Shown: one piece after another, positions 1 through 13,289 of the stretch | How the letters are laid out: every line of letters begins with the position of its first letter | Position numbering within the stretch: position 1 is the first letter of the stretch | Origin: Octopus vulgaris | Lineage: Eukaryota | Length of the DNA: 64,000 bases | NCBI GenBank assembly: GCA_951406725.2 | Contig: OX597815.1 | Location: 148,800,001 to 148,864,000, forward strand | Direction of reading: 5' to 3' | Program-made: the position numbers and the translations under genes | The notes under the pieces: model-generated | What the model saw: the letters and a program-made list of their open reading frames with translations, nothing else | The model's database searches: none | Told to the model about the DNA's origin: nothing

Positions 1-689
1 GCTAAGAATGACATTTACTGTGATTTAGAATTTGCATTGCATTTATTGAATTCTAAATTTCTATAGTCTGTCATATATTTCATACACAATTAAATCACCA
101 TTTCTATAGCAACTTGTATTTTTCAAACATGTTGAAGAAAGTTGGTAAAATCAATAGGTATTTTGAATAAAGCAAAGTTTGCAATATATTTATAGAATTT
201 AAAATTTCCATGGCATTATTCTAATATAAATTCGCAGACGAAGTGAAAGGAATAAATCATTTGTTTCTAACTTGTGCTATAGCTGAAGATAAACAATATA
301 TTATCTTAACATTCCTCAATACATTCATCTATGTACAGTAAAATTGCTTCAACCTTCCAGCTATCAGAAAAGTCGTGTGTCTGATTCAGTCATTTCTCTG
401 AACTATTACAGTGGTTACGAAGGTAAAAGATCAATATTATGAATGATTTAACTGCATAAAATAAAATAATATAGTAAATATCGATTTATATTAGACTATT
501 GCGCGTTGAATATGAATATTTCTAATTCAAACGAGATGTTAATAAAAAAAATCAACAACAGCATCCAAATCGGGAATATATGTAGTCAGATCAACCTCAA
601 TATTAGCAAAAGCTATTACTCCTGCATTGCACACGCGATCATATTTAAATATTCATGCAGTATACACACTTACACCCACACACATTAGT

Positions 690-896
690 AATAAGGATTT
701 CAGATTTTTTACAAGGCCAGCAATATCGGGTTAAGAGGGAAGTCGATTACATCGCTGCAAGTGCTCATCTGGTACGTATTTTGTGACCACGAAATGTTAA
801 TTTGCAAGGCGGAATTCAAACTCAGAACTTGAAATCAGACGAAATGTCGCTAAATTTGTTGCCTGGCGTGCTAACGATTCTCTCAACTCGCTACCT
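690..896 (-). mobile_element. tRNA-derived SINE, family B (degenerate)
   Basis: The reverse complement reads ggtagcgagttgagagaatcgttagcacgccaggc...gttctgagtttgaattccgcc, matching the head of the copy at 23478-23705 (Pol III A/B-box-like). Confidence 0.75.
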
Positions 897-1213
897 TCGC
901 ATATTATTTAATATTTCAGTTTTAAAAACACCCTATCACCACAAAGTTAAAAAAAAACATATTCGACCTCTTATGTACGAATTTCACTCACGTGTTTACC
1001 TGCGATATACCCTTATTAGGAATTTTATATTTAACAAATACGTTTAGTTATCTTTCTTTACGAAATAAAAACTCTATCATTTACAGTATCTTTTGAGCAC
1101 GTCTTTCTCACGCGTTCGACGTATCTAATGTAAATACACACACACTCACAGAAACAAACATGTGTATGAACATGTACATACATTCAAATATACATATATA
1201 CAAACACGCACAT

Positions 1214-1239
1214 AGATAGATATATAGATATATATATAT

Positions 1240-1307
<68 letters not shown>
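1214..1307. repeat. (TA)n/(GATA)n microsatellite
   Basis: Directly visible. Confidence 0.95.
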
Positions 1308-2181
1308 GTATATGTGTATAACATTACTAAATGACTTTGCGGCTAATTCCGATTTAGTCTACTAACTATGGATGAAGTTTGTTGTTACACAATGGACTCT
1401 ATTCTAAACCTGATTGAAGACAATTTTGAAAATGAAAGGCGACCTACCTATATAATATACGAGACCCCCACCTATAACTGACTAACTTTCGATGTTACCC
1501 TTTTTGATTAAATAAAACTGAATGCCTGAAAGGAAAATAAAAGAGAATAAATTTCCATATGAATATATTTTATTGCTTCATGTTATGTGAAAATTTATTT
1601 TGATAAACATTTTTTCAATAACTTCTTGTCTTCATACATACACTTATATCTGCATACTCAACTTAAACGTTGGCGCATAGATTGAAGCGAAAAAATGTCG
1701 AAAGTCATTCAATGAAAAAATAAAAAAAGATGACAATATTTAAAATGAAAAGCGTTATCAATCTTATTCTTAATAAGAATTGCATTTCTTTTTCCCCTGT
1801 TGACTGGGAAATGACATGTCTACTGAATACGTTCTTTTCAAAATATTTCAATACATACTTATTTTGTTCAGCTCCAAACACAAATTTATATAGATTTCAT
1901 AACAGCGTTATGTATTTTAATCTTGTTTTATTTCTCAACCCACTCCTATGCTAGTTTTTTTTTCTAGTTTATGACGTGCTTTGAGTGCATTACATATTGA
2001 ATGTTATATTTAGAATTTGTTGCAGAGCAACATTGAGTTGCATTTTTCCTTATTTGTCATGGCGTGCGTAATATTCGGAAACGTAGTTATATGGACAGTA
2101 CTACTGAATCATATAGGATTTATGAGACGATACTTGAAAGGATTTCCACTCATATTGAGATTTGAGATTTGATCTTTGGAC

Positions 2182-3520
2182 TATTCGGTCGTCACCTATG
2201 AAATTTGTAGAAAAGAAAAAAGTTTGCTAATGTTTTATCAATACAAGGAATAGTTTTATTCATCAAACAAAACAAACAAATTCAGCTTCTTTAGATGAAT
2301 GTGGAATGTGTTTTGGTGGCTCGTCTTTGTCCAACCATTGTCTATACAATTTTCTTATTTCAGTGGTAGCTTGTCCAGTCCGGGATTGTAAAAGCCTGGC
2401 AATTCCGAGTCAATAAAATCTTGGAATGTCTGTTTTACAGCGTCGTCGGAATTTTTTTTTTTTTTCGTATCAAAGAGTTATCCAAATTCTGGAAGAGCTG
2501 CTAGTCAGTGAGGGCAAGATGAGGTGAGTATGATGGATTAGGGAGAACTTCCAACTCCAAATCCTGCAGTTTCGCCATTGTCATTTTGCGATGTGTGTCT
2601 GGCATTGTCATGCAATAGAATAGGAGTGGATCTGTTGACAAATCTAGGCTGTTTCTTTTTTGTACTTTTCTGCATCATTTAGTCCAGTTGGCTGCAGTAT
2701 ACTTCGGTCGTGGTTGGTGAGTCAGGTTTAAAGAAATCAAAATGGATCATACCTACGCCAGACCACCAAACAAACAAAATCAGCTTCTTTACGTGAATGT
2801 GGAATGTGTTTTGGTGGCTCGTTTTTGTCCAACCATTGTGCTGAACGTTTACGGTTGTTGTGTTGGTTCGAATTTTCATCACATGTTACAATTCGATTTT
2901 TAAAAATGATTCATTTTTGTGACGAGAAAGTAGCATAATGCAGGCTTCTAAACGTTGCTGTTTCTGATTTTCATTGAGATCATAACGAACCCACCTATCC
3001 ATTTTTTTACTTTACCGATTTGAACTAATTGAGTCCATATTATTTTCTTGCTAACCTCAAACAACAACTATAATTCATGGACACTTTCAGGGGGATCTGA
3101 CTCGACGGTGGCTTTTAGTTCGTCGTTATCAATCTTTGTTTCTGGTCACCCTCGTCGCTCATTTGTGGTGTCAAAGTTACCAGAACAAAATTTCCAATAC
3201 CAATTTGGCACTGTCCGCTGTGTAATAACATAAGAATGAAGTATTTCATTCATAATACCAGCTGTCTGTGATGCTGTATTTCCAACAAAAACCTCGTATT
3301 TCAACTGTACGGATTTCCGACTTATCCATCTCTAAACAAAAATAGCAAAAAAGATTTATAAATACTTTATAAAGCGCAAATTGCGTTAGAATAAAGAAAT
3401 AGATGTGTTATCCTTGTAACAAAAAATAAAGATTGTCAAAATATAATACTGGCACAAAATGAGTAGATATCAAAGTTTATTATATATCTTACTACAAATC
3501 TCATACTTGACGACCTAATA
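2182..3520 (-). mobile_element. Decayed full-length mariner DNA transposon (~1.34 kb)
   Basis: Terminal inverted repeats (TIRs): TAttcggtcgtcacctatgaaatttgtag (2182) versus the reverse complement of ctacaaatctcatacttgacgacctaaTA (3520), both TA-flanked. Minus-strand transposase remnants include WWSGVGMIHFDFFKP..TTTEVYCSQLD, HDNARH and a decayed YSP(D)LAP motif, with many stops and frameshifts. Confidence 0.85.
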
Positions 3521-4859
3521 CTATAGTAACTTTGAACTACATAGCTAAGTGATATTAGCCAGTTGATATTTTCAATAAAATCAGCGTAGACACTCGTGTT
3601 ATCAGATGCATAGTAATGGAACGATATAAAGTTTTTATTGTAGTCGTCAGTCCTATTTTTAATCTATTTGCAATTATTATTAATTTTTAAAGTCTTATTG
3701 TTCGTAAAACAAGACTAGAAGTGTGATATCTATAATTATTATCAGTGATTTTGCAAATCTAAATACTTTCTCCGTTAGCATATGTCAAAAAATATAATAC
3801 TGAAGTGAATTACATATTCATAGTACATGTATTCTTAGACTGTAAGGAATTTTTATACTTTCGTTTTTGAAATTACATAGAAGAAACTTATAATTTATTA
3901 AAATTTTAAACGATTATTATAATCATTGTAGATTTTTTAATTAATCTGTCATATCATTGTATTTTTGAATAAATTCGGTAAGACACAAATTTTCACCAGG
4001 TTATTTACATACTGTAATTTCATTCAGCTGCTATTGATACTAAGATTCCGCTTAAATTTTAAGAAATTGCTGCATCATATAGACGGGTGTTTTGGGAGCA
4101 TATTACAAATTTAATCTTTGAAATGGACCTGTAATATTGTCCTGAATTTTAAATCAATTATATAAACATACATAGCGATTATACATTGAACGCTGTCGAC
4201 CCTAATTACCTATGGAAAAGAAAAGCTGATAATGGTGCTGATAATAGAGTCGTCGGCAATATGATCAGATTTGATTCGTATGGGAATGTTTGGTATTTCA
4301 AGGGGTTAATAAAAACCTGAAATGATTTGTACATTAAGTGTGCTAAATTATTAGAAATGTCAGTAATTTCAATCTAAAAGTCAATAATTTCAAAATAAAT
4401 ATCGATGCCATATACAAAGCATATGTCACCTTAAATATTCTAACCCCACCAATGTAATGTAACTCTTGAAAGTTCTTTGCATATTTCATATTAAAAAGTA
4501 GTAAAGACACGGAAGAATGAAATGAATTATTGTTTTATATCAAATAATGTTTTATTTATTATAATTTTAAAATTATATTTTTAAAAATTTACATGAGATG
4601 TTTCGTAATGTACCAACGAATATACGAAAGAGCAGATGATATAAGAACTATATAACATTGTTCGAAATCATTAACAAAATAGAATTGAGTGTTATAAAGT
4701 TTGGATGAATAAATACTTTTGGCTAGTAGTATTATGGAATTTTATACTTGATACTGATATTTCCAACACACAAATATATTAATATATTTCAATATAAATG
4801 CATTTTAATGCCGTTGCATATCTTTGTATTACTTCATAGGTATATTCCTCAATGTAGTC

Positions 4860-5168
4860 CGTAGTTTCTCAAAGTGTGTTCGCTATCGACCCCTGCTGGG
4901 TGTTGAATAGGTCCAGGTGGGTGTTGGAGGCGGTAGAGAAAAAGAGAGGTTGGGTGGAGGACAGTGGGTTGGGGAAAGCTATGAATTTATTATAATATCA
5001 TTATAGCATTGTATACAAACTATATATATTAAGTTAAGTATCAAATGATCCATAATATATATAAATTAATAAAATACCAAATACTTATACATAAAAATAG
5101 GAGTGCGTCGCGAGTGGTATTATGGGGCAATGAGTTGGGCGGTGTCCCAAAAGTTTTGAGAACCTCTG
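4860..5168. mobile_element. hAT (Charlie-like) MITE
   Basis: Perfect 8-bp TSD atgtagtc at 4852-4859 and 5169-5176. Imperfect TIRs cgtagtttctcaaa / tttgagaacctctg. Confidence 0.8.
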
Positions 5169-5269
5169 ATGTAGTCTATACAATATGAAATGCTAGATAT
5201 ATTTAATGTTAAAGAATGACCAATGAAACATATTTGCATATGGCGTCTATTCGTTGTGATTGAACTTTG

Positions 5270-5700
5270 GATGATTCACACAGCGGGCAACAGTATTAAA
5301 GGTAGAGAAGGATGACGTTTGGAACGTCTCAAGAACGAAGAGCCCTAAGAGTCCGGGGGGCAAGCCCTACGATACTTGTCACATTTACTGTTTATGTGGA
5401 CACTCCAGCTTAATTTGTTGTTGAAACTTAATCTGAGGTTTTTAGTGGTATTTGTTGCCAAGATGGTTTTACTCGAGAGAAGAGTTTATTGTCTCTTAAG
5501 TGCAGCCTCGATACCGAAGTGGATTACTTCATATTTATTCTCATTTTGCTGTGAATTGTGTTTTCGTGGATAATTGTGTTTTCGAGCAGATCAGTTCGGA
5601 GATTTCTCCGGTTTCACCCTCCATCGAACACAATCGACCGACACATGCTGGGTTCAATCCTCAGAAATTACTCAATGCGCTTTAATAGATTACTTTAGAC
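5270..5700 (-). mobile_element. Old CR1/L2-group LINE fragment (C-terminal to RT)
   Basis: The minus strand reads NKYEVIHFG...LSWSVHINSK...RTLRALRS...YCCPL, colinear with FELMHFG...LSWSARINKK...YCCPLW of the 52-53 kb LINE. Confidence 0.65.
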
Positions 5701-6868
5701 TCAAATGCTTGGGGGTTTCTCGCATTATTTAATCCCAGTGTAATCTAGCTGAGGTGCCTGTTGGTAAAACTCTGTCTCTCTCTCCCTCTATCCAGGTGCC
5801 ATATTCCCCATGTTCCACGTAGTAAATCACTTATTACAAAAATACCCAAAATAGTTAATGAAAGCCCGACATAAGCCATCATTTCATGCCTACTCAAGAG
5901 TGATTGGGTGAAGATTAAGTGTCCTGAAAACCATGCATCTATGGTATTTGATGTCTTGTACGACTTGCTTCATACATGGTAAACGTTGTAAAACTTGCTT
6001 CATCCATGGTAAACGTTTATTTTGTACAATATTTTTGATGACCACTTTTATTAACACCAAGCAGTTATCTGCACGATTTAGGTAAATATAATGATGAGGG
6101 TTTTTCAGTTCTGTTTCTTTTTTAATGCTGTAAAATATATTATATTACTGTTCACGTTTGTTCTACATTTGTTAAACAGCAATACATCTACCATTTTCAG
6201 TTCTAGTAATATACAGTAATACAAATTCAAATAGTATTTTATTGTTGCCAACATGAGTTTTCACGTAGTATTTTTAATGTTATTGGTACGGAATCATCTG
6301 AAGACAATGTGATCATAACTGTTCTGATATCATCTAATCACGCGGCCTTATTTTTAAAGTTAATATAGGGTTTCTAAATAGTGCACCAACAACGAAAGGA
6401 GTGGTGATAATTTATATTCATCAACGTCATTAATTTCTTAACTCCATCTAGATGCAATAGTACTTATTTTCAATAATACCATTTCAAAGTCAGTTCAATA
6501 ATTATTATGTTTACCTCATATCCATTCAGCATGTATATCAGGTGTATCGATATAAACTTTATAATACTCCAATAATATCCCATTTTAAAGACGGCTATTA
6601 TTTAAGTAAAAACAAGTTGCTTCTGCTCTAGTCTTTGTTTTTATTACTATTGTTGTAGTTGTTCTCATTGCTTTAGTAATTGTTTAGGCTATGTTCTGCT
6701 ATGATTGAGATGACATAAACGAAAGTTGTTCTGTATGTTACAATGCACTAGTTGTGGTAGTTTTGTTTATTTAAATACGTGACGGCGTATCTGGTGGATT
6801 GACAGGAATATTTCTAGCGGAACCACCACCCGAGAAGTGACTCAGTCATTTGACTCCATTTTAATATA

Positions 6869-7988
6869 TATGGGTCATTCCATAAATAATGTAATTTTTT
6901 AAAATTAAGATGAACTAAGTTCTTTTTTAATCTAAAATATACTCTCCTTCATTTTCTACAATGCTCTTCCATCTATCTGATAGACTTGCAAGGACCCTCT
7001 TCCAAAATGTACTTGTCCGTGACGAAAAATACAATTCCAGTACTGTTCTGATCTCCTCTACAGAATTCATGTCTCCCGTCCAATTGATTTTGAAAACTGC
7101 GGAATAGATGATAATATGGTGGGAGGGGTATCGTTTCCAATTCAAACTGCTCCAGCCTTTGGAAAGTCATCCTCGCTGTATGTGGCCGAACATTACTCTG
7201 ATGGAAGAACACCTTTAGACTTAAAAACAATGATGGTCGTTTCACTTCCAGGTCCGACGTACGCCGCTCAAGCCGCTTGCAGGAGATCTTCTTTACTATC
7301 CTTTGTCTCGGGTTTAAAAGTTCAGTGGACTAAACCTTTGATATCCTGCCAAACAGATAACGAACCTATTTCTTGTCACCAGTCTCTATTTTGTCCACAG
7401 ATGATTCGTTTGTGAGATGTGACATCAAAGAAGAGCACACATTCACTATCTGCGCGCGAGTAGCCGCGGAAAGCTTTAGGAACCCATTGACCCATTTTGA
7501 TGAATGTTTGAATGACCAGATCCAAGTTTCTCTGCTAGCTTCTCAATAATTACGATGGGATTTTTTCCACCAGCTTTTGCAAAATTTCATCGTCCAACTC
7601 TACAGATTTCCCAGGACGAGGCTCGTCTTCTAGGCTGTAGTTACTGGCTCGTAATTTCTGGAACCACCCTATACTGGCTTACGCTTATTGTCCAATCACC
7701 ATATATTACATTAATATTCCTCGCCTCGCACTTTCCTCTGCGTTGTTGCCTTTAATGAACTCATCAAACAAAGTATGCCGAATATGCTCTTTTGTCACTT
7801 CCATGATAGCATTGAAAAATAACTCTTAAAATCGAACTGCACTCTTCAAATATTGCAATAAGAATAAGGGCAATGTTAAATTACTACTTGAATTTATAGC
7901 AAGTTAATGCGTGTAGTTTATCCTGTCCCCCTCCGAATTTTAGTTCATGTAATTGAAGAAATCACATTATTTATGCGATAACCCAATA
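6869..7988 (-). mobile_element. Decayed mariner DNA transposon
   Basis: TIRs tatgggtcattccataaataatgtaat / atcacattatttatgcgataacccaata. Remnants include FHQSNVRPHTA, ETIPLPPYYHLFRS, WKRVLASLSDRWKSIVENEGEY, a GQWVP motif and LEDEPRPG. Confidence 0.85.
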
Positions 7989-10313
7989 TGTTGCTGTGGT
8001 TGGTATCAGATAGATATTGCAGCCGGATTAACTATTTAGGAATAAGCAATAATGGATTTACTGTACAATATATAGCAATGATTTTGCGGTAGAATTAAAG
8101 AAATGATTTTCCATTATTATATATTTCTGTTCACTGTTTAGCCTTAACTCAAACGTGAATAAGCAGGGAGATCATCAAGTGTTTTTCATACGTTAGCACT
8201 CGATTCATGTTGAATAGTTTATACCTTATTTGCCAAAGTCTATCGTATTGTATAGAAATAGTAACATAATTGTATAATTTAAGGAATATTTACTTTTACA
8301 TGTCGAGTTACCTCTGAAATTACCTTTGTTTAGCGACATAAAATATATGCTGATTTTTAATTTATTTGATCCACATTTAAAGACAACTATCTCCAGTTCA
8401 TTCGAGACGTAACCGACACATTTTTTGTTCAGTTGTATGCATAGGATTTTACCTAACATTTCCGTTCGGAACGATGCAGAATGTATGCGTTGAAAAAGAT
8501 TTGATGCGTCTGAATGCCGTATGCAGATCGATTTCCGACATAGATGATACGAACATTTTGAATATAAAGGTGACCAGCTTGACATCCATGGCATATGGTG
8601 TCGCGTTTGTTATACACTCGAATATTTTATTTTTGAATACTCAGTTATTTTTTTTTGTGAAGAAATACCGACAACACTATACCATATAAAATAAAACAAA
8701 ACTGAATTCATTATGTGTTCGAATATTTAACGCTTGAAGCATAAATGTTGAGTATAATAAAGAATATTAATGTTTATCAGTCGCAGAGTCATTAAACAAG
8801 AACTTTTATATGATTAGTATTTGATTAGAATTTACATTTTATGATTACTACGTCTTTGAAGATGGCAAGGACAAAACAGATTTATAGCTTTAAATTGCTA
8901 ATAATTTATTAGTGGCCACGATGATTACAAATAATCATAGAAATTCATGACATTATTTTCCCTTAAAACTACCATATTCTTCCCTGGTCTCATGACCCAT
9001 TCTACTCCATTAAACGCATATATTGATTATTGTTATCACTATTGCTTTCATGGTTTTAAAATTTATCTCGGTTTTTTGTTCCTCAGAATGATCATTAATA
9101 TCTGTGCTCTTATCAGCAAGATCATATTTTCATGTCTCTCAGAGTCACAAATGTGTTACATTGACAACTAAATCAGTATCCCGCTGCTCCTACCATCGAC
9201 GGTTTATCTTCAGTTCAAATCCTCATATTTTAGGTTTTCTATTACAAATTATTCATATCTGTCATTATCCATTCCCTTCTATAAATTAAGTCATGTCTTT
9301 TACATTTAATTTTTTTCTAATGTCTCCGTAAGGTCTGTCTTCTCATCACGTTTATACAGAGGATTAAAAATTAACGCAACAGGAGGTGTTCATAATAAAG
9401 CTTGTATGCAGTATCGAATTCTTGTCAGTTAAATGAGCAAACATTTTAGCTGATGCATAAATGAAAGAATTCGGGGAAAAAAATCTCATAAAACGCCATA
9501 GTGTTAGTCTTTTATAACCAAGTGCTGTTTCTGATTTGCTATCACAAGTAGATGAGTTTAGCTCAATTCCACAATCTTTTGAGTGTAAGTATAAACATTC
9601 GAACTAAAACATATTTCCTTAGTGACATTAACATACTTATGCTGTATATTATCTTATTGCATTGCTTTAACATTCATTAACTTTAAGGAGAATTTTAGCA
9701 TTCCTATCAATCATCATTAAATGTCAATTGAGAAGTAAATAGTTTAAGTATAAGACAAATAGAGTTTATACGAATTAACACGTGGAGATTTAGATTTATC
9801 GGGACACCATTCACAAATATGTTGTATGTTCTCGTATTTATCTGCGTTTTATGTTAAAAGAAGATATATCCTTTCTTTAAATCCACCCACCTGTACCTCC
9901 AACAGAATAAGAGAATAACTCATTTCTCCCCACTGCATTTGTGCTTGAGTATGTCTTCCCTGCAAATTCTGTCTATGTCATCTGTTGGCCTTTAACATAG
10001 CATTCGTTCTTGTACCTGCATCAGCCTGACCGATCTTGCAAAGCAGAAAATTGACAGAAGCAAAACACTTGTGCTTTAGAAACAACATATGAGGTATTTC
10101 GTTGGTATTTACTTCATCGTTGCGACAGAAACGAAAACATGAAATAGTTTGTAAGCTTCTTGGATAATGCAATCCACTAAACACTTTTTGAACGGGTTTC
10201 TTGATTTCAACGAATTCCTTATTGGCTAAATAAGCTATTCGAACTATTCACTCATTCATTCATCATTAAACACGTACAGAAATACTAAGTGAAAGATTAC
10301 ATTCGAATTAAGA

Positions 10314-11162
10314 TACAATGGTCGGTAGATATATTCATAGACTAAGGTACTCACAGATTGTGCTTTACTTTTCAACATAAACCACCTTTGCAGTCCACGC
10401 AGTTCATCCACTGGTCTTGCTTTGCTTGGAACCCATTGGTTATGAGGTTTTCACCTGTTGTCCAAAAGAATAGGAAAGAGCACATATGATGTGATAATCT
10501 CTGCTATACTGCAAAGTGTTGGTGAACTGATGATAGTCTGATGGGGAAAAATAGGGATTGGGATCCAGCAGTTAAAAAGCACAGTCACGCACTATACTTT
10601 TTGAGACCAAGGTTTTGAGCGCAGGAGCATTGTCATGATAAAGCAAGGACCATTTTCGTCAGGTTTCATTCACATTTAGTCTAGATAGCTTTCGTAAATG
10701 ACTTCATAAATCGGCATAGTATTCTCTAAAGAAAGTGTGGGCCTTTTGAAGATAGTTTAAAAAAATCATTGTCGGTTGCATCATCAGAAATAGTGACAGT
10801 TGTGGGACAAGCAGACCTTGGCTCATCTTCAACAGCTTCTTTTCTCCAAAATACAGCTACTTACTTTTTCACTCTTGATAACACTGGAGCGTCATTCCCG
10901 ACAGTAGCAATCGTGACAGCATAAATATTCTTAGGAGCTAAATTCTATTCTCTGTAGGTGTTCGATAAAACCACGCTGTCGAATTTTCAAGAGAAGTTGC
11001 TACTAGTTACTTTTGGATTCTACTTTGAGCACTCAGTCAAACGTTAGTATACCTAGATAAAAAAATGTTGTTATTCCTAAATAGGGTGGAAGGTAATGCG
11101 TGCAAGATTTAGCAGCAATAGCATCACTCCTTCATACTCAGCCTTTCCAGCCCTGCCTTGTA
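10314..11162 (-). mobile_element. Highly decayed mariner-like element
   Basis: Minus-strand HDNAPA (gcaggagcattgtcatgata), an EDEPRS helix-turn-helix remnant and a C-terminal W..CVD..G-like segment. TA-flanked TIRs are weak. Confidence 0.6.
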
Positions 11163-11202
11163 TATGCTAAGTATTTTGAAATTAAGTATCTCGCTGAATA
11201 TA

Positions 11203-11276
<74 letters not shown>

Positions 11277-11520
11277 TGTTAAACAGGACGTCAAACATTA
11301 AGGTAAGGCAAACATCTGGAGTCGTATACAATATTATAGATTGTATATGACTTGACATGTTTGCATTGCCTTGATGTTTAATATATCCATTGCATCGGAA
11401 ATCTGCAATGGCTTCATAGCTACCGTCTAGGCTATAACCTTGGACCCTTAGTAATCCGTAACACCACTTACCTAGCGAACCTAATCATTTAGATCAGTTA
11501 TGAATTAAAGCCCCATACTT

Positions 11521-11594
<74 letters not shown>

Positions 11595-11653
11595 CATACA
11601 AACATACATACATGCATATACACATATACATATCCATTTATACATATATAAAT

Positions 11654-11728
<75 letters not shown>

Positions 11729-11769
11729 CATATGATTCTGTATAGAAAGAAGTTGTTCTTTCCTAAAGA

Positions 11770-12305
11770 TATATTATCCAAGCCTACACTGGTTTAACAT
11801 TACATCGATTAGCGCCACTAGAAATTTTCATGTGTATATGTACTTGCGCTAATTGTTGGTTCTTCTTCAATATTCGTACCTCACATCTCTGAAATTCCAG
11901 GTGTTTCTATAGAAATTTCCATCATTGATATAGGCGATAAATGTTTTACAATGTTAAGAAAACGGAGAAAACATACACAGAGTAATCAATTCATTATCAT
12001 ATTCCCGTCAAATTAATAATTTCATCCTATTGCCTACGCTGTGTTTCGGCTGGTTGCTGTCATTCATATTTACACATTTATAAAATGTACTATGAATTTG
12101 AAGAAAGCAAAGATCCTCCTCCGGCCGTAATTGACTGATATTTTCTCTAACATGTGGAGAGTTTGTTCCGATTGATTGCTGTTCCTTCGTTTCAGCTATC
12201 GCAAATATCGACGAACAAGTGAGATACACTGCAAACAAAGAGCCACTATCAAGCAGCAGCACTACAGCTGACGAAGCCGGTAGGCAGACTAATGCCTAAG
12301 CAGTG
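11770..12305 (+). mobile_element. Possible Penelope-like element 3' relic
   Basis: Ends in a decayed hammerhead-like motif ctgacgaa-gcc-ggta-ggc (12268) next to (TAA)n. Protein evidence is weak. Confidence 0.35.
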
Positions 12306-12311
12306 ACCTGA

Positions 12312-12384
<73 letters not shown>

Positions 12385-12412
12385 TAACAATAATAACAAT
12401 AACAACAGCAAC
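12312..12412. repeat. (TAA)n/(CAA)n microsatellite
   Basis: Directly visible. Confidence 0.95.
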
Positions 12413-12459
12413 ATCGAAAAATACCTTAGAAATGAGAACACAGGTTCGATATTTCCTCA

Positions 12460-12506
12460 ACACACCTGATGAATGCTGGAGGGCATATCGGCCGAAACGT
12501 TGTGTT
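12460..12506 (+). ncRNA. Minimal type I hammerhead-ribozyme-like motif in a Penelope-type terminus
   Basis: acac-CTGATGA-a-(tgctg...cggcc, imperfect stem II)-GAAA-cg-TT-gtgt, with stem I acac/gtgt. Followed by the short tandem tail aaataatgt. Confidence 0.55.
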
Positions 12507-12806
12507 AACAACGAACAAAATGAAGATAAATATCCGTCAAATGTAAATAATGTAAATAATGTGAATTTGTGTGAGGCCTACCCCCGAACTACCTGTAGTG
12601 GGTTTCTCCAATATTTGGGATTCTATCTATTGATTATTTATTTTCCTAATTTTTATTTATATATCCTTTCGTTTTATCTTTTATTATTGTAGTGTCACCC
12701 ACTTTATTGATGTAAACCCCCACCTGTTTTGTGTGTTACATCACGTCCTTTGATATTACTCTCCATTTCTTGGGCCCTTGTGACCAATAAAAGAAATTAT
12801 CACTTT

Positions 12807-12807
12807 T

Positions 12808-12870
<63 letters not shown>

Positions 12871-12882
12871 CAGCAGTAGTAT
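12807..12882. repeat. (TAG)n microsatellite
   Basis: Directly visible. Confidence 0.95.
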
Positions 12883-13289
12883 GTCTATGTTACTCTAGCT
12901 GGTATGTGTGTTAACACAATCTGAGCGAAATATAAATAAATAAATAAATTACTTGAAAGTGATTTACTTTTTAAAAGCCATTTTAAAGAGTGATGTTATC
13001 AAAACTGTTTTACTTCTGTAATGATATGAAAGAAACTTATTCCGGTGTGGTTAATCTTTGTAATGGACTGAAAGCAATAAATAAAATTGTGAAGCATCAG
13101 GAAGTTTATTTACTCGTATTTCAGTATATTTAATTGTTAATTAATAGGGGTATTAATGGAATGTGGTAGAGTCATAGAGTGAGAGACAAGACCATCTGTG
13201 GTATTTGTTCTGGTTTTATTTGTTTAGACATCTGCTTACTATATCCAGATGTAGTGACCTGAGGTCGAAGAGAAGGTGAATCTATTTGA

